From assembly GCA_963815455.1 (NCBI GenBank), contig CAWFGO010000005.1, positions 64,001 through 128,000 of the forward strand: 64,000 nt of DNA. Direction: 5' to 3'. The translations under genes and the position numbers were made by a program. Positions 10,581-18,679 of the stretch are shown here, one piece after another (positions within the stretch are counted from its first letter, which is position 1; the number at the start of each line of letters is the position of its first letter). The stretch comes from an uncultured Verrucomicrobiae bacterium. GTDB taxonomy: Bacteria; Verrucomicrobiota; Verrucomicrobiia; Chthoniobacterales; UBA10450. The notes beneath the pieces are model-generated. The model saw only the letters and a list, made by a program, of their open reading frames with translations, did no database searches and was not told the origin of the DNA.

Positions 10581-11030
10581 CTAGTACTTGAAGAGCTTGC
10601 TCTGATTTGATTCGACGAACTCCGCACGGTCCACCGACAGCGATTCGTTCATCACTTTGGAAAGTTCCTGAGCCAGGACAATGGCAATGGAGCGCGCATC
10701 ACGGGTATAGACCGGGATCGGGAACGAACCGGCATTGCGATCGTAGCCGTAAATCGTGCCGTCGGTTTCCCACACGCAATAAGCGTGACCGGCTGGACGA
10801 TTATTGTATCGGACGAGGAGGATTTTGGCCCAAAAGTTATGCTCCAGGCTGTGCTGGGTCTCGACCACCGCCAGATAATTGCAGGCCGAAATTACGCAGC
10901 CGTTAAGGACGACGAGATCATCCGCGCCCGGGGTGAGCGTGAGCGGTTGCTGGGGGCGGGCGCTGAGGGTGAGGCAGGCAAGAAGCAAAGCGCAATGATA
11001 AACAATTTTTAGGAACAAACCGGATCGCAT
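10581..11030 (-). CDS. Secreted hypothetical protein with putative transglutaminase/papain-like Cys-His-Asp triad
   Basis: Signal peptide; NGCVISA ... GHAYCVW ... YGYD. Confidence 0.55.
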   Translation of the reverse strand: MRSGLFLKIVYHCALLLACLTLSARPQQPLTLTPGADDLVVLNGCVISACNYLAVVETQHSLEHNFWAKILLVRYNNRPAGHAYCVWETDGTIYGYDRNAGSFPIPVYTRDARSIAIVLAQELSKVMNESLSVDRAEFVESNQSKLFKY

Positions 11031-11222
11031 GAGATTATGGAATTTATAAAGCTTATAGCATTCACCGCCGGCTTTTGGGAAGCTTTTTCTCCTCGTTTAC
11101 GAAAAAAATTTGCGCCGGATTTGCCCCCCCCGCCACCGACCCCACCCTGTTGCCGGCTCAACCCCGGTCTCTTGAGCACGTTTGCCTAGTCCAGCCGGGC
11201 AGGGTAGGTTCTCCGCACAAAA

Positions 11223-11577
11223 GGGGGCGTACTGGCTTCGACTTGTGGTTGGAAGCGCAGGCGGCATGTCGAGGATGGTTCGTTGGCCTCGTAAAAAACC
11301 GAGCCAAAACAAATAAACGCAGATCACCAAGATCTCGCTCTCGCGGCTTAATTGACCGTGACGTTTGGAGCTGGACGCCTGCTACGGCGCCAAACGTGGA
11401 CAGCAGGCTAATCGGACGGCGGAGCGACCGCGCCGGACGGTGAAGGAAATTCGCGGATGCTCGGGAGACGGCAGTGCGCCGGTGCAACGTCGGCTCCTTA
11501 AACTTTAACGCCGGATAAACATGTAGATGTCTGCGTGGATAACCGCGAGGACAGGGGTTCAACTCCCCTCGCCTCCA
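11223..11577 (+). ncRNA. ssrA: tmRNA (transfer-messenger RNA)
   Basis: 5' GGGGGCGTACTGGCTTCGAC; 3' T-arm GGTTCAACTCC and CGCCTCCA acceptor with G3-U pair; tag ORF 11319-11351 encodes ADHQDLALAA*. Confidence 0.96.
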
Positions 11578-11687
11578 GGCTTCGCTCGCGACGAAGTGGC
11601 GAGTGAAGCCTGTCGCGGCGTAGCCCTTTGGCGAAGCCGGACTTTTCGACCCAACAAATCAACGTCGCGAGCTACGCCCCGGCAAGC
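11577..11687. repeat. Palindrome cluster upstream of the GIY-YIG gene
   Basis: Hairpin AGGCTTCGCTCGC/GCGAGTGAAGCCT (11577-11611); imperfect IR GCCTGTCGCGGCGTAGC (11608-24) / GCTACGCCCCGGCAAGC (11671-87). Confidence 0.7.
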
Positions 11688-11699
11688 CATTCAAACCTT

Positions 11700-11945
11700 G
11701 TGGCATTTACCTACGTGTACATCCTCCAAAGCGCGGTCGATCTCGATCGGTTCTATACGGGACTGACCACCGATCTGCGCGATCGTCTTAAACGGCATGA
11801 CGACGGCCGCGTGCGCCATACCGCGAAATGGAAGCCATGGACGCTGAAAACATACATCGCGATGTTGGATCGAAAGCGGGCAGCTGAACTCGAGCAATAC
11901 CTTAAATCACATTCGGGCCGCGCGTTCGTGAAGAAGCATCTGTAG
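11700..11945 (+). CDS. Small GIY-YIG nuclease family protein
   Basis: YVYILQS...FYTGLTTDLRDRLKRH...HTAKWKPW...AELEQYLKS; GTG start assumed. Confidence 0.88.
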   Translation: MAFTYVYILQSAVDLDRFYTGLTTDLRDRLKRHDDGRVRHTAKWKPWTLKTYIAMLDRKRAAELEQYLKSHSGRAFVKKHL

Positions 11946-12034
11946 ACAGCGCAGCCCAGGCGGAGGCTGCCGCGCCGAATGAAGCGACATGTTTCATCCT
12001 TCTCGATTCATCGGTGTTCCGGTAAGTAAGACGC

Positions 12035-12343
12035 GTGATACGCCGGAATTTCAGCAGTCGCGCGCGGGAGCTTTCGGGGGCCAGGCGATTATGATCTTCA
12101 TCCCGAAGAGCGGACGCACCTGGGTGCGGACTTTCCTCTGTTCATACTTTTGCAAACGGCACGGGCATCCGTTTACGCTCGATCCGAATCAATACCGCGA
12201 TCCGGCAATCCCGCGGATTATTTTTAGCCACTATTTGTTCGAGCACCGCACCAGGGGCAGTTTTTGTGATTGGCTCCGCGGAAAATATCTGGTTCCAGCG
12301 GAAGAGCTTCGCCGGGCTAAAATTGTCCTCCTGGTGCGCGATT
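12035..12343 (+). pseudogene. Truncated, frameshifted paralog of the sulfotransferase at 14242
   Basis: GTG-IRRNFSSRAR start, -1 frameshift near 12080, then IPKSGRTWVR...RGKYLVPAEELRRAKIVLLVRD; homology ends there. Confidence 0.85.
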
Positions 12344-12445
12344 TGGCCTTCCAAAGGCGAAAACATGCTGTGTAGTCAGCGGCCCGAAAAGGTGTTTCAA
12401 TACTCGCGAAGCCATGCGCTCGGCATCAACAAGACAACGGTTGAA

Positions 12446-12517
12446 AGAGTCCACCTCATCGAGAAGGCTTTCCAGCGCCTCATGTTCGACACGACAAGCT
12501 TCGAAAGCGTAAGCTAA
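12446..12517 (+). pseudogene. Probable C-terminal remnant of a type III R-M methyltransferase (Mod)
   Basis: RVHLIEKAFQRLMFDTTSFESVS* resembles the V-x-LIE-x-x-F-x-x-LMF end of type III Mod proteins (recognised from memory); the stop overlaps the satD ATG (TAATG). Confidence 0.55.
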
Positions 12518-13194
12518 TGAAAGTCCACGCAGTCATGACAGGCGATGTAATCCGCTCGCGGCATTTATCGGCCGCGCAGCACAAAAGCGTCAATTCGCGT
12601 CTAAAGGCGCTGTCGATAAAGTTTGGTGAACTACATCCCGGATCGATGGTGGGGGAAACAGATATTTTCCGAGGCGATAGCTGGCAGTGTTGCCTCAAAC
12701 AACCTTATCTCGTGGTGACGGCCGCCGTTTTTTTTCGGGCTGGATTGAAGGCGGACGATCTGGACAGCCGAATCGGCCTGGGGATCGGAACGGTAGAAAC
12801 GCTGAATCCAAAAAAGATTTCGGAATCGACCGGACCAGCATTTGTCGCGTCCGGCCGTTCGCTCGACTCGCTGGAGAAGGGCCGGAACATGGGTTTGGTC
12901 GTGTCCGACGAAAAAGATGCGGATTCAAAACGGTATCTTACCGACTTGGTTATCCCCCTTCTCGACGCGCAAATCACCCGCTGGACGCAACGAGAAGCCG
13001 TGGCCGTTTTCGGAAGCATGCACGGTCTAACCCAACAGGAAATCGCGGATTGGCCTCCGGCAAAGGCCGAACACGGCGGCCAGCCAACACGTCAGGCGAT
13101 CCAGGACGCGTTAACGCGAAGCGAATGGACCGGCTTGGTGGAATCGCTTTTGAAAAAGCTGGAGAAACTGTTGAAGGCGGAGGAATGGAAGTGA
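12517..13194 (+). CDS. satD: SatD family protein (nucleotide-cyclase-like N domain, C-terminal HTH-like segment)
   Basis: AVMTGDVIRSR, IFRGDSWQ, RIGLGIG, GPAFVASGR, WTQREA...TQQEIA...TRQAI. Confidence 0.85.
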   Translation: MKVHAVMTGDVIRSRHLSAAQHKSVNSRLKALSIKFGELHPGSMVGETDIFRGDSWQCCLKQPYLVVTAAVFFRAGLKADDLDSRIGLGIGTVETLNPKKISESTGPAFVASGRSLDSLEKGRNMGLVVSDEKDADSKRYLTDLVIPLLDAQITRWTQREAVAVFGSMHGLTQQEIADWPPAKAEHGGQPTRQAIQDALTRSEWTGLVESLLKKLEKLLKAEEWK

Positions 13195-13203
13195 ATTTGG
13201 ATG

Positions 13204-13252
13204 TGCAAGCCAAAAAGCTTGCATTTGTCGATAGCAAGCCAAATAGCTTGCT
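13204..13252. promoter_or_regulatory. Twin palindromic operator-like sites between satD and DUF3307
   Basis: TGCAAGC-CAAAAA-GCTTGCA (13204-13223) and AGCAAGC-CAAATA-GCTTGCT (13233-13252), both perfect 7-6-7 palindromes. Confidence 0.7.
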
Positions 13253-13258
13253 TGAGCC

Positions 13259-13966
13259 ATGACCTCGGTTTTTATCATCCTCCTTTGCGCCCATTGTTTG
13301 GGGGATTTCCTCCTCCAGACCGATTGGATCGCCAGGAACAAGAGACGGCTATGGGTGCTGGCTCTTCATGCCTCCATGCACGGCGCTCTTGCTTACGTGC
13401 TACTGCAGAAGTGGGAAATCTGGAAACTTCCGCTCTTACTGGGAGCGCTCCATTTTGCCGTCGATTTCCTTAAAGCACGCGTCCGGAGATCGGCCACGTC
13501 ATTTGCGGCCGATCAAGCCGCCCATGTGATCCTGCTGGCCGCACTTTCGTGGTGGGCAGTGCACAGCGGGCAAGTTTCGGAGTTCTCAGGATTGGGTTGG
13601 GCTTGGATCGTTCTGCTCTCGGGCTTCAGTGCGGTGGTAAGGGGGGCGGGGTTTTTCGTGGGTGAAGTCGCAGAAGCGCTCATCAGAAATAATCCAGGAT
13701 TGGAAGCTGAAATAAAACAGGGCCTTAAAGAAGGCGGAAAAATGATCGGCCAATTGGAGCGGGCGCTGGTCTTTCTTTTCCTGGGCATTGGTTATCCCGA
13801 AGGCATTGGATTCCTGGTTGCGGCAAAATCGATTCTACGATTTGAGGAGGCCAAGAAGCAGCCGCTCGCCGAGTACGTTCTCGTGGGCACTCTTCTAAGC
13901 TTCAGCCTGGCAGTCGCGCTTTCCTGGTTGACCTTGCGTGTTCTTGAAATGGCTCCAAAACCGTAA
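13259..13966 (+). CDS. DUF3307 family membrane protein
   Basis: AHCLGDFLLQ, HASMH, LHFAVD, ADQAAH, GKMIGQLER, AAKSILRF, EYVLVGTL. Confidence 0.88.
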   Translation: MTSVFIILLCAHCLGDFLLQTDWIARNKRRLWVLALHASMHGALAYVLLQKWEIWKLPLLLGALHFAVDFLKARVRRSATSFAADQAAHVILLAALSWWAVHSGQVSEFSGLGWAWIVLLSGFSAVVRGAGFFVGEVAEALIRNNPGLEAEIKQGLKEGGKMIGQLERALVFLFLGIGYPEGIGFLVAAKSILRFEEAKKQPLAEYVLVGTLLSFSLAVALSWLTLRVLEMAPKP

Positions 13967-13972
13967 GCAAGA

Positions 13973-14079
13973 ATGCCTATCCACTTCGCGGACAAACTAA
14001 TTCTTGCTCGGTGGGCGTTGGGCTAGCTCGATACTTCGACAGATTCTCCGAGATGCTCCGCGGTCCGGAGTTTGAGGGC
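13973..14079 (+). pseudogene. Probable N-terminal remnant of a type III R-M Res (DEAD-box helicase) subunit
   Basis: MPIHFADKLILARWALG*L then frameshifted FDRFSEMLRGPEFEG, resembling the F-x-x-KL-x-L-x-x-W-x-L...EG start of Res proteins (from memory). Confidence 0.45.
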
Positions 14080-14241
14080 CGGTCGGGGAGATGGAAACGG
14101 GTCGCGGGGACGAAACGGGACATCTTTTTATTCTTGTCATGACTTAGTCGGCTTCCGCTTGGCCGATGGCTAGAATGCCGGAGGATGAGATTCGCGCCAT
14201 GCTTCTTTGCGAATGCTGGATTTTCCGGGTAATACAGACGC

Positions 14242-15057
14242 GTGATTCGGCGGAATTTTAGCAGCCGCGCGCGCCAACTCTCAGGCGGCGATGCGATCGT
14301 GATTTCAATTCCGAAAAGCGGGCGCACCTGGGTGCGCGCTTTCCTTGCCGCCTACTTTTCCAAAAAACATGGGCGCGAATTCACTTTGGATCTGAAAGGA
14401 GATGTCGATGCTGGAATCCCGCGGGTGATTTTCACTCACGATCGGTTCGAGCACCGCACGAAGGGCAGTATCTGGGACCGGGTGCGAGGAAAGTATCTGG
14501 TTCCGGCGAAAGAATTGCGCCGCGCCAGGATCATTCTGTTGGCGCGCGATCCGCGCGATTGTTTTGTCTCTCTTTATCTTCAGATGACACGCCGGACGGA
14601 AGAGACGCCAGAGGCATTGCGCACCAAAACGATCGGCGAATTGTTGCGCGATCACCGGCACGGGATTCGAGCGATAATCGAAACGATGAACAGATGGCTC
14701 GAACAGTTCGCCGGGCGCGAAAATTTTGCTTTAATTCGCTATGAATCGTTGCGCAGTGCGCCCGCCGAAAATTTTCGGAAATTACTCTATGCCATTGGCG
14801 ACACTGCGCCGGACTTGTCGATCTTGGAGGAGGCGATCGAATTCTCGCGATTCGAGAACATGCAGCGAATGGAAGCATCCGGCGCGTTCGAATCGAAAAT
14901 CCTGCGGCCAGGCGACGTGCGCGACCCCGAATCGTATAAGGTGCGCCGGGGACGAGTGGGCGGGTTTGCTGAGTATCTTTCCGTCGAGGATCGACAATAT
15001 GCCGATGCCATGTTGACTCGGCTCAATCCACGCTTCGGCTATCGTAAAATGTTCTAA
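14242..15057 (+). CDS. Sulfotransferase domain protein
   Basis: 5'-PSB motif SIPKSGRTW, 3'-PB motif RDPRDCFVS, KVRRGRVGG. Confidence 0.9.
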   Translation: MIRRNFSSRARQLSGGDAIVISIPKSGRTWVRAFLAAYFSKKHGREFTLDLKGDVDAGIPRVIFTHDRFEHRTKGSIWDRVRGKYLVPAKELRRARIILLARDPRDCFVSLYLQMTRRTEETPEALRTKTIGELLRDHRHGIRAIIETMNRWLEQFAGRENFALIRYESLRSAPAENFRKLLYAIGDTAPDLSILEEAIEFSRFENMQRMEASGAFESKILRPGDVRDPESYKVRRGRVGGFAEYLSVEDRQYADAMLTRLNPRFGYRKMF

Positions 15058-15821
15058 ACCCGACCCGTTCCCCAGCGGCGGTGAAGAAAACGTTCCCACG
15101 GCGAGAACAGAATTTTATCCGCGAGCAAACCGATCAGGACGATCACGAGCATGATCCCGATGACCTGATCCATCGCGTTCAATTCGCGGCCGTAGTGGAG
15201 CAAATGACCAAGGCCGAAGCCGGTCAGGATCGTCACGTAAATTTCCGCGGCCATCAGCGAGCGCCATGCGAAAGCCCAACCTTGCTTCATCCCGCTGACC
15301 AAATACGGCAGTGAGGCTGGCAAGATCACCCGCGTCCATCTGTGAAAAAGATGCGAGCCCATTGTTCGCGCGGCCCGCGCGTAAATCGGCGGAATCGTGC
15401 GTACGCCAGTATCGGTTGCGATCACTACCGACCAAACCGTTCCCATGATGACCACGAAGAGCATCGCGCCTTCTGTTTGACCAAACCAAAGCAGGGCCAG
15501 CGGAACCCAACAAACACTGGGCAAGGTTTGCAACCCGAGCGCGAGCACACCGATCGTATCTTCCACGAATGTCGATGAAGCGGTGAGCAAGCCAAGCGGA
15601 AGTCCGATGACAAGACCAATCAAATATCCCAGGAGCAACCGGCGCAGTGTGACCGCGGCGGCTTGAAGCAATGTGCCATCGCGAGTTGCGCCGATTATGT
15701 ATTCGCCCACGCTTCGCGGTGATGGGAGCAGAATGGGCGACCAGATTTTCGCGTGAACAATTGCCGCCCAAATCGCGACCAACGCTGCGAAAAACAAAAG
15801 TGCAAGCAGAGTGCGTCTCAT
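15054..15821 (-). CDS. ABC transporter permease (SsuC/TauC/NrtB type)
   Basis: LQTLPSVCWVPLA, AARTMG, WRSLMAAE. Confidence 0.92.
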   Translation of the reverse strand: MRRTLLALLFFAALVAIWAAIVHAKIWSPILLPSPRSVGEYIIGATRDGTLLQAAAVTLRRLLLGYLIGLVIGLPLGLLTASSTFVEDTIGVLALGLQTLPSVCWVPLALLWFGQTEGAMLFVVIMGTVWSVVIATDTGVRTIPPIYARAARTMGSHLFHRWTRVILPASLPYLVSGMKQGWAFAWRSLMAAEIYVTILTGFGLGHLLHYGRELNAMDQVIGIMLVIVLIGLLADKILFSPWERFLHRRWGTGRV

Positions 15822-16639
15822 CTTTTTACGGCTTCGAGATCAGGAGCGCTTTCCTGGACGTGCGCCCGCAGCGCGGCGGTCAACTGCGATGCGTGTTGCG
15901 CGATGTCGATGCTATTGAAATCGCGAGGGCGGGGGAGTTTCACGTCAAAGATTTCTCTGATCCGGCCGGGAGTCGGCGACATGATCACGACGCGATCAGC
16001 CAGGCAGGCCGCTTCGCGCACGTTGTGGGTAACGAATACGATCGTTTTGCGCCGCTCCTGCCAAATCCGTTGAATGTCGCCGTAGAGTTGTTCGCGGGTC
16101 ATGGCGTCGAGAGCGGCGAAAGGTTCGTCCATCAAGAGAACGCGTGGATTGGGAGCCAGGGCCCGAGCAAGCGCCACCCGCTGGCGCATTCCGCCGGAAA
16201 GCTCGTGCACGTTCGCCTCCATGAAGTTTTCCAGGCCGACCAGATGGAGAAAAAACTTCGCGACCTCGCGGCGCTCGCGATTGGTTAAGCCCGGTTTTAA
16301 TTTCAACCCGAACATGACGTTGCCGAAAACATTCAGCCACGGAAAAAGCGCGGAATCCTGAAACATCACGAGCCGGTGACGGCCGGGCTCGTGCACCGGT
16401 TGATGATCTGCCAGAACGCGGCCCTTATCCGGTTTTTCCAGGCCGGCGATGATATCGAGCAATGTCGATTTTCCGCAGCCGCTCGGTCCCACCATGACGA
16501 TGAATTCGCCTTCGCTCACTTCGAGCGAGACATCGTCGAGCGCATGAACGACGTGGCGTTTCTGGTGAAACCATTTCGATACGTGCTCGACCACCAACTT
16601 TGCCGGCGGCGGTCCTTGTAATTCTTCCTGGAGCGACAT
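15818..16639 (-). CDS. ABC transporter ATP-binding protein (SsuB/TauB type)
   Basis: GPSGCGKS, LSGGMRQR, MDEPFAALD. Confidence 0.93.
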   Translation of the reverse strand: MSLQEELQGPPPAKLVVEHVSKWFHQKRHVVHALDDVSLEVSEGEFIVMVGPSGCGKSTLLDIIAGLEKPDKGRVLADHQPVHEPGRHRLVMFQDSALFPWLNVFGNVMFGLKLKPGLTNRERREVAKFFLHLVGLENFMEANVHELSGGMRQRVALARALAPNPRVLLMDEPFAALDAMTREQLYGDIQRIWQERRKTIVFVTHNVREAACLADRVVIMSPTPGRIREIFDVKLPRPRDFNSIDIAQHASQLTAALRAHVQESAPDLEAVKR

Positions 16640-17595
16640 TAAGGATTCTCGATCAAGCGGCCCAGATCCGGAACGTTGCGCAAAAAGCCCGCTGCTTTTG
16701 CGTTCGCCACAAACTTCTCCAGCGCGTCCGGCCGCGCCTCGTTCGTAAGCACGATTCGCTTCCAGGCATGCGCGACTAAATCAGGCGGCATTTGTGCTTT
16801 CGTTTCTGCGCTCAGTTCCGCGACGACCAATTTCTGCGCTTCTGCCGGGTTCTTGTCGATCCAATCGGTAAGTGCGCGATGCGCTTCCACAAACTTGCGC
16901 GCCAGGTCGCGGTTGGCACCCAGGAATTTCACGGACGAAACGAGCACCGTGGTTGGCGAATCCGTTTCCTCGACTAAAACTTTTCCGCCAGCTTCGATTT
17001 CCAGTCGTGAAAGCCATGGCTCCACCGTCCATACACCGTCGATCTTTCCTTGTTTGAAAAGCGAAAGCTGGTCGGGATTTTCCGCGGGCAAAACCTGAGC
17101 GTCGCCGCCGAGCTGGGTAATTTTCAATCCGCCGGCGCTCAACCATGCCCGACAGGAAACGTCCTGGGTGTTTCCCAATTGCGGCGTCGCGATTCTCTTT
17201 CCGCGAAAATCGGCCGCGCTTTTTAGGATGCCGTTGGCGGGTACGACCAAGCCCGCGCCGCCATTAACCGCGCCGCTAATGATTCGGATTTCTTCGCCCC
17301 GCGATTTCGAATACGCATTGATGGCCGGACTCGGGCCGACGTAAGTGAGATCGATGGAATCTGCGAAGATCGCCTCCATTGCGCTCGGTCCGGCATTGTA
17401 AACGAACCAGTCGATCTTCGCACCGTTGCCGAGACGTTCTTCGAACCAGCCTTTGCCCTGACGCGACATCGCATGAGCAACCAAGGCCTGGACGTGAGTC
17501 ACATTTGGAAAATGGCCGACACGAATTTTCGTCTCGGCCGAAGCCGAGATGCCGGCCGTTGCCATCAACACAATGGATAGGATCGACATCTTCAT
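16639..17595 (-). CDS. ABC substrate-binding protein (SsuA-like)
   Basis: Signal peptide; GHFPNVTH, YVGPSPA, TPQLGNTQD, VEPW. Confidence 0.9.
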   Translation of the reverse strand: MKMSILSIVLMATAGISASAETKIRVGHFPNVTHVQALVAHAMSRQGKGWFEERLGNGAKIDWFVYNAGPSAMEAIFADSIDLTYVGPSPAINAYSKSRGEEIRIISGAVNGGAGLVVPANGILKSAADFRGKRIATPQLGNTQDVSCRAWLSAGGLKITQLGGDAQVLPAENPDQLSLFKQGKIDGVWTVEPWLSRLEIEAGGKVLVEETDSPTTVLVSSVKFLGANRDLARKFVEAHRALTDWIDKNPAEAQKLVVAELSAETKAQMPPDLVAHAWKRIVLTNEARPDALEKFVANAKAAGFLRNVPDLGRLIENP

Positions 17596-17693
17596 CTGTT
17601 TTCAGGCTGCTGTCAGATCCGTCTCACGCGGTCAGATTAGCGCAAGATGAGCATGTGCCGTTCTGCTGTCGAGATCAATCGTGGCCCGCGCAA

Positions 17694-18578
17694 TTATCGC
17701 AGAGGCCGCGCCACCAGGATTCCGCTGTCGCTCCGGAAACGGTAGAGGTACTTTGAAAGGCGGGAATCAACGACAACCCGGCCATAATTGTTCGGCGCTG
17801 AAGCGTGAAGAAAATGCAGGCCGTCCTTGCTCCGCAAGGCCATCCCGACATGCGACGTCGAACGAAGGCCGCTGCGATCGCGTGAAATGATCCCGATGAT
17901 ATCGCCGCTTTGCAGCTTGGATTCGATCTTCGCCACCTGACTTTTGGGAATCTCATAGAGCGGCCGCGACGATACCCGTGCTTCCATTCGTGCCAGCGGG
18001 CCTCTCAATGACTTGTTCGACTTGAGGTAACGATAGTGGCGCCAGCCGATCGACATTTCCCGCGCCGAATGCGGCACGCTCCGTCCTCCGAGGTCTCGGG
18101 TGAGGTCCGCGACCAGGCCGCGCTGATCGTTGTCGTAAAGCCAGTCCTCCAAATAATGGAGGCGCGACAAGTATTCGCCCGTGCAAACGCCGCCCCGATA
18201 CCGGTCCGTCTCGATGTAATGCAGCAAACGGCCAGGGGTCCAGTTTTCCTCCGGTTCATTCAGCATCCGGGCAAAGCCCAGCGAGATTTCGAAAAACGTC
18301 CAGCAATCCATCCCCAAAAAATTCGCCGATGGCGCCTCAACGCGGTTGTCGATCTCGAGCGTGTAATGCTTGTAACGCGTGCCGACCAGGGCTTGGCCTA
18401 CTGCTGCGGCTCGCTCTCCGATCGGCAGTTCTTTCCAATTTTGCGACTTTGCCTTGGCCACTAACCGATTGAACTGGTCCTGCCCTTTGAACACCGTGCC
18501 GAACGGCAGCCGCGATTCGGCCGCGAACGCGGTCGAACAAGTCAAAAACAACGCTACGAATATTTTCCATTTTCCCAT
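17694..18578 (-). CDS. N-acetylmuramoyl-L-alanine amidase-like protein (DUF1460)
   Basis: Signal peptide; MDCWTFFE, RLHYLEDW, SHVG, FLHAS. Confidence 0.85.
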   Translation of the reverse strand: MGKWKIFVALFLTCSTAFAAESRLPFGTVFKGQDQFNRLVAKAKSQNWKELPIGERAAAVGQALVGTRYKHYTLEIDNRVEAPSANFLGMDCWTFFEISLGFARMLNEPEENWTPGRLLHYIETDRYRGGVCTGEYLSRLHYLEDWLYDNDQRGLVADLTRDLGGRSVPHSAREMSIGWRHYRYLKSNKSLRGPLARMEARVSSRPLYEIPKSQVAKIESKLQSGDIIGIISRDRSGLRSTSHVGMALRSKDGLHFLHASAPNNYGRVVVDSRLSKYLYRFRSDSGILVARPLR

Positions 18579-18623
18579 GACCTCGACAACAGAATGCGGA
18601 ATCGGTCGCCAATCAACCCACTC

Positions 18624-18664
18624 TTGTCATCCGAGCCGGACTAGCGTTTCGCTCGGAATGACAA
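18624..18664. repeat. Palindromic repeat family A, short internally deleted copy 3
   Basis: TTGTCATCCGAGC ... GCTCGGAATGACAA in a divergent intergenic region. Confidence 0.7.
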
Positions 18665-18679
18665 TATCGTTCGTTCCAA

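Noticed and set aside
11560..15057. Intact tmRNA-integrated genomic island
   Set aside because: No integrase and no duplicated ssrA 3' end found by eye
17596..17693. SAM or other riboswitch ahead of the sulfonate-type ABC operon
   Set aside because: No recognisable aptamer consensus or terminator in the short leader
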